Of a stretch of 32,000 bases of DNA, positions 29,906-32,000 are shown in pieces. The stretch comes from Mycobacterium leprae TN. Lineage in GTDB: Bacteria; Actinomycetota; Actinomycetes; Mycobacteriales; Mycobacteriaceae. A program made the position numbers and the translations under genes. Each line of letters opens with the position of its first letter. Positions within the stretch are counted from its first letter, which is position 1. The stretch lies in the NCBI RefSeq assembly GCF_000195855.1, contig NC_002677.1:2370001-2402000 (forward strand). Reading direction: 5' to 3'. The notes under the pieces were generated by a model. The model had not been told where the DNA came from. It did no database searches and saw only the letters and a program-made list of their open reading frames with translations.

Positions 29906-30343
29906 ATGTGCTGGATATGTGACCATCAGGGCAACACCAAAGACAATTACTGGACGATGTTGTAATACGTGGAAAACGACCGAGTGCTCTACACGTATAT
30001 AGTCGTCCTGACCCATCATGGGTTGCCCGAATTCTTGGTGACTGGCGTCTAACCCCAGCAAACTGCGCGAATGTTGGGCGGCGTTGCCCGATCAGCTCCC
30101 GTTCTTCGCCCACCGAATCGCGGTGAATAACTAAGGTTAAGCGTCAGCACCGTGGTGGAAGTCGTCGCGATTGAGTATCCCGACGCGCACATGGACACCG
30201 CGACTGTGATTTACAGCAGCACAGTCAAAGCATTGCAGCTGGTGTGGACTTACAGACGTAGTCGCTGGCCCTGGGAACCGGGCTTCAACGATGGTCGAAG
30301 TATCCAGCCGGTGCTAGGCGTACGGTCCACACCAAACTCTTGA
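29906..30343 (+). pseudogene. DUF4262-family relic
   Basis: ATG 29906 gives MCWICDHQGNTKDNYWTMLL*, the characteristic MCWxCD start. The C-terminal piece at 30152-30343 reads ..ALQLVWTYRRSRWPWEPGFNDGRSIQPVLG. The family assignment is from memory. Confidence 0.45.
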
Positions 30344-30389
30344 TCTGCTCCAGAAAAGTCTAGAGTCATATCGGTCCGTGTTGTCCCCG

Positions 30390-30840
30390 ATGTCGAACTA
30401 CGCAAAGCAGTTGCGCATGGCTTATTTGCGTGTGACCCGTCCACAAATCGCCGTGTCCGAAGCAGTGCACACGCCCCCGCACGCCAACATTAAAACGAGC
30501 CGTAATGCCGTTCCGTGTTGAACTGCCCGCAGTGTCCCGGCAAACCGTGTACGACGTACTGCAATGGCCTGACTACCACAAGTCTGGTAAGGAGCGAATC
30601 TCTGGTAAGGAGCGAATCCAGTCCTCGGGTTCGGTTGCTTGCTACGAGTTACAGGCCGGAAAGAACCACCATCACATTGTGTGCCAATACTGCAGAGCGC
30701 AATCGCAGACGCTAATTATACGACCGGTGAGGCGCCGTGTCTCTGACTACCTCAGACCCTAACAGCTTCCCTATTAAGGAGGCTGAAGTCATCTACTGGG
30801 TCCTATGCCCGGACTGTTCGACATCAGACACTCCCGAAAG
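30390..30840 (+). pseudogene. furA: furA (ferric uptake regulator A) pseudogene
   Basis: MSNYAKQLRMAYLRVTRPQIAVSEAVHTPPHAN..* in one frame. A second frame gives SRQTVYDVLQ...GSVACYELQAGKNHHHIVCQYC. A third gives IKEAEVIYWVLCPDCSTSDT. This matches M. tuberculosis FurA text (..SRQAVYDVL..HHHHIVCRSCG..EAEVIYWGLCPDCS). Confidence 0.8.
30583..30618 (+). repeat. Perfect 18-bp tandem duplication (2 copies) inside the furA relic
   Basis: tctggtaaggagcgaatc at 30583-30600 is repeated exactly at 30601-30618. It encodes SGKERI twice. Confidence 0.9.
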
Positions 30841-30842
30841 GA

Positions 30843-32000
<1,158 letters not shown>

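Overview
The window looks like chromosome from Mycobacterium leprae or a very close relative. High-GC actinobacterial genes are interleaved with many frameshifted gene relics, including the well-known dead furA-katG pair at the right edge.

Layout:
- 1-2090 (-): long-form isocitrate lyase aceA. It is absent from the supplied ORF track because it runs off the left edge without a stop codon.
- 2.1-3.3 kb: undecodable relics.
- 3.3-5.7 kb (+): P1B copper-type ATPase ctpA. Its N-terminal metal-binding domain is frame-broken.
- 5.7-6.5 kb (-): membrane protein with an HxxxCxxC anti-sigma-type zinc finger.
- 6.6-8.0 kb: AT-rich stretch with no intact gene. It contains a perfect 24-bp inverted repeat.
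- 8.4-17.5 kb (+): fully intact six-gene operon of PPE, Fe/2OG dioxygenase, FcoT-like thioesterase, FadD10, ACP and a single-module NRPS. This is the orthologue of M. tuberculosis Rv0096-Rv0101, the isonitrile-lipopeptide (chalkophore-type) pathway.
- 17.5-20.3 kb: divergent pair of membrane proteins, one a small His-rich protein and the other a CopD/CtaG-like protein of the Rv0102 type.
- 20.3-21.1 kb (-): PEP-mutase/ICL-family pseudogene.
- 21.3-23.6 kb (-): ctpB.
- 23.6-32 kb: a run of pseudogenes, namely MBL hydrolase, SRPBCC, fadB5-like oxidoreductase, alpha/beta hydrolase, nitronate monooxygenase, nitroreductase, DUF4262, furA and katG.

I saw no rRNA, tRNA, CRISPR array or recognisable transposase.

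The most interesting point is that a ~20 kb metal-handling block survives intact inside heavy gene decay. The block holds chalkophore synthesis, a PPE, two Cu-ATPases and a CtaG-like membrane pair. It appears to be inserted into the ancestral aceA-katG neighbourhood.

All homology statements come from reading translations by eye and from memory of the families. No searches were run.
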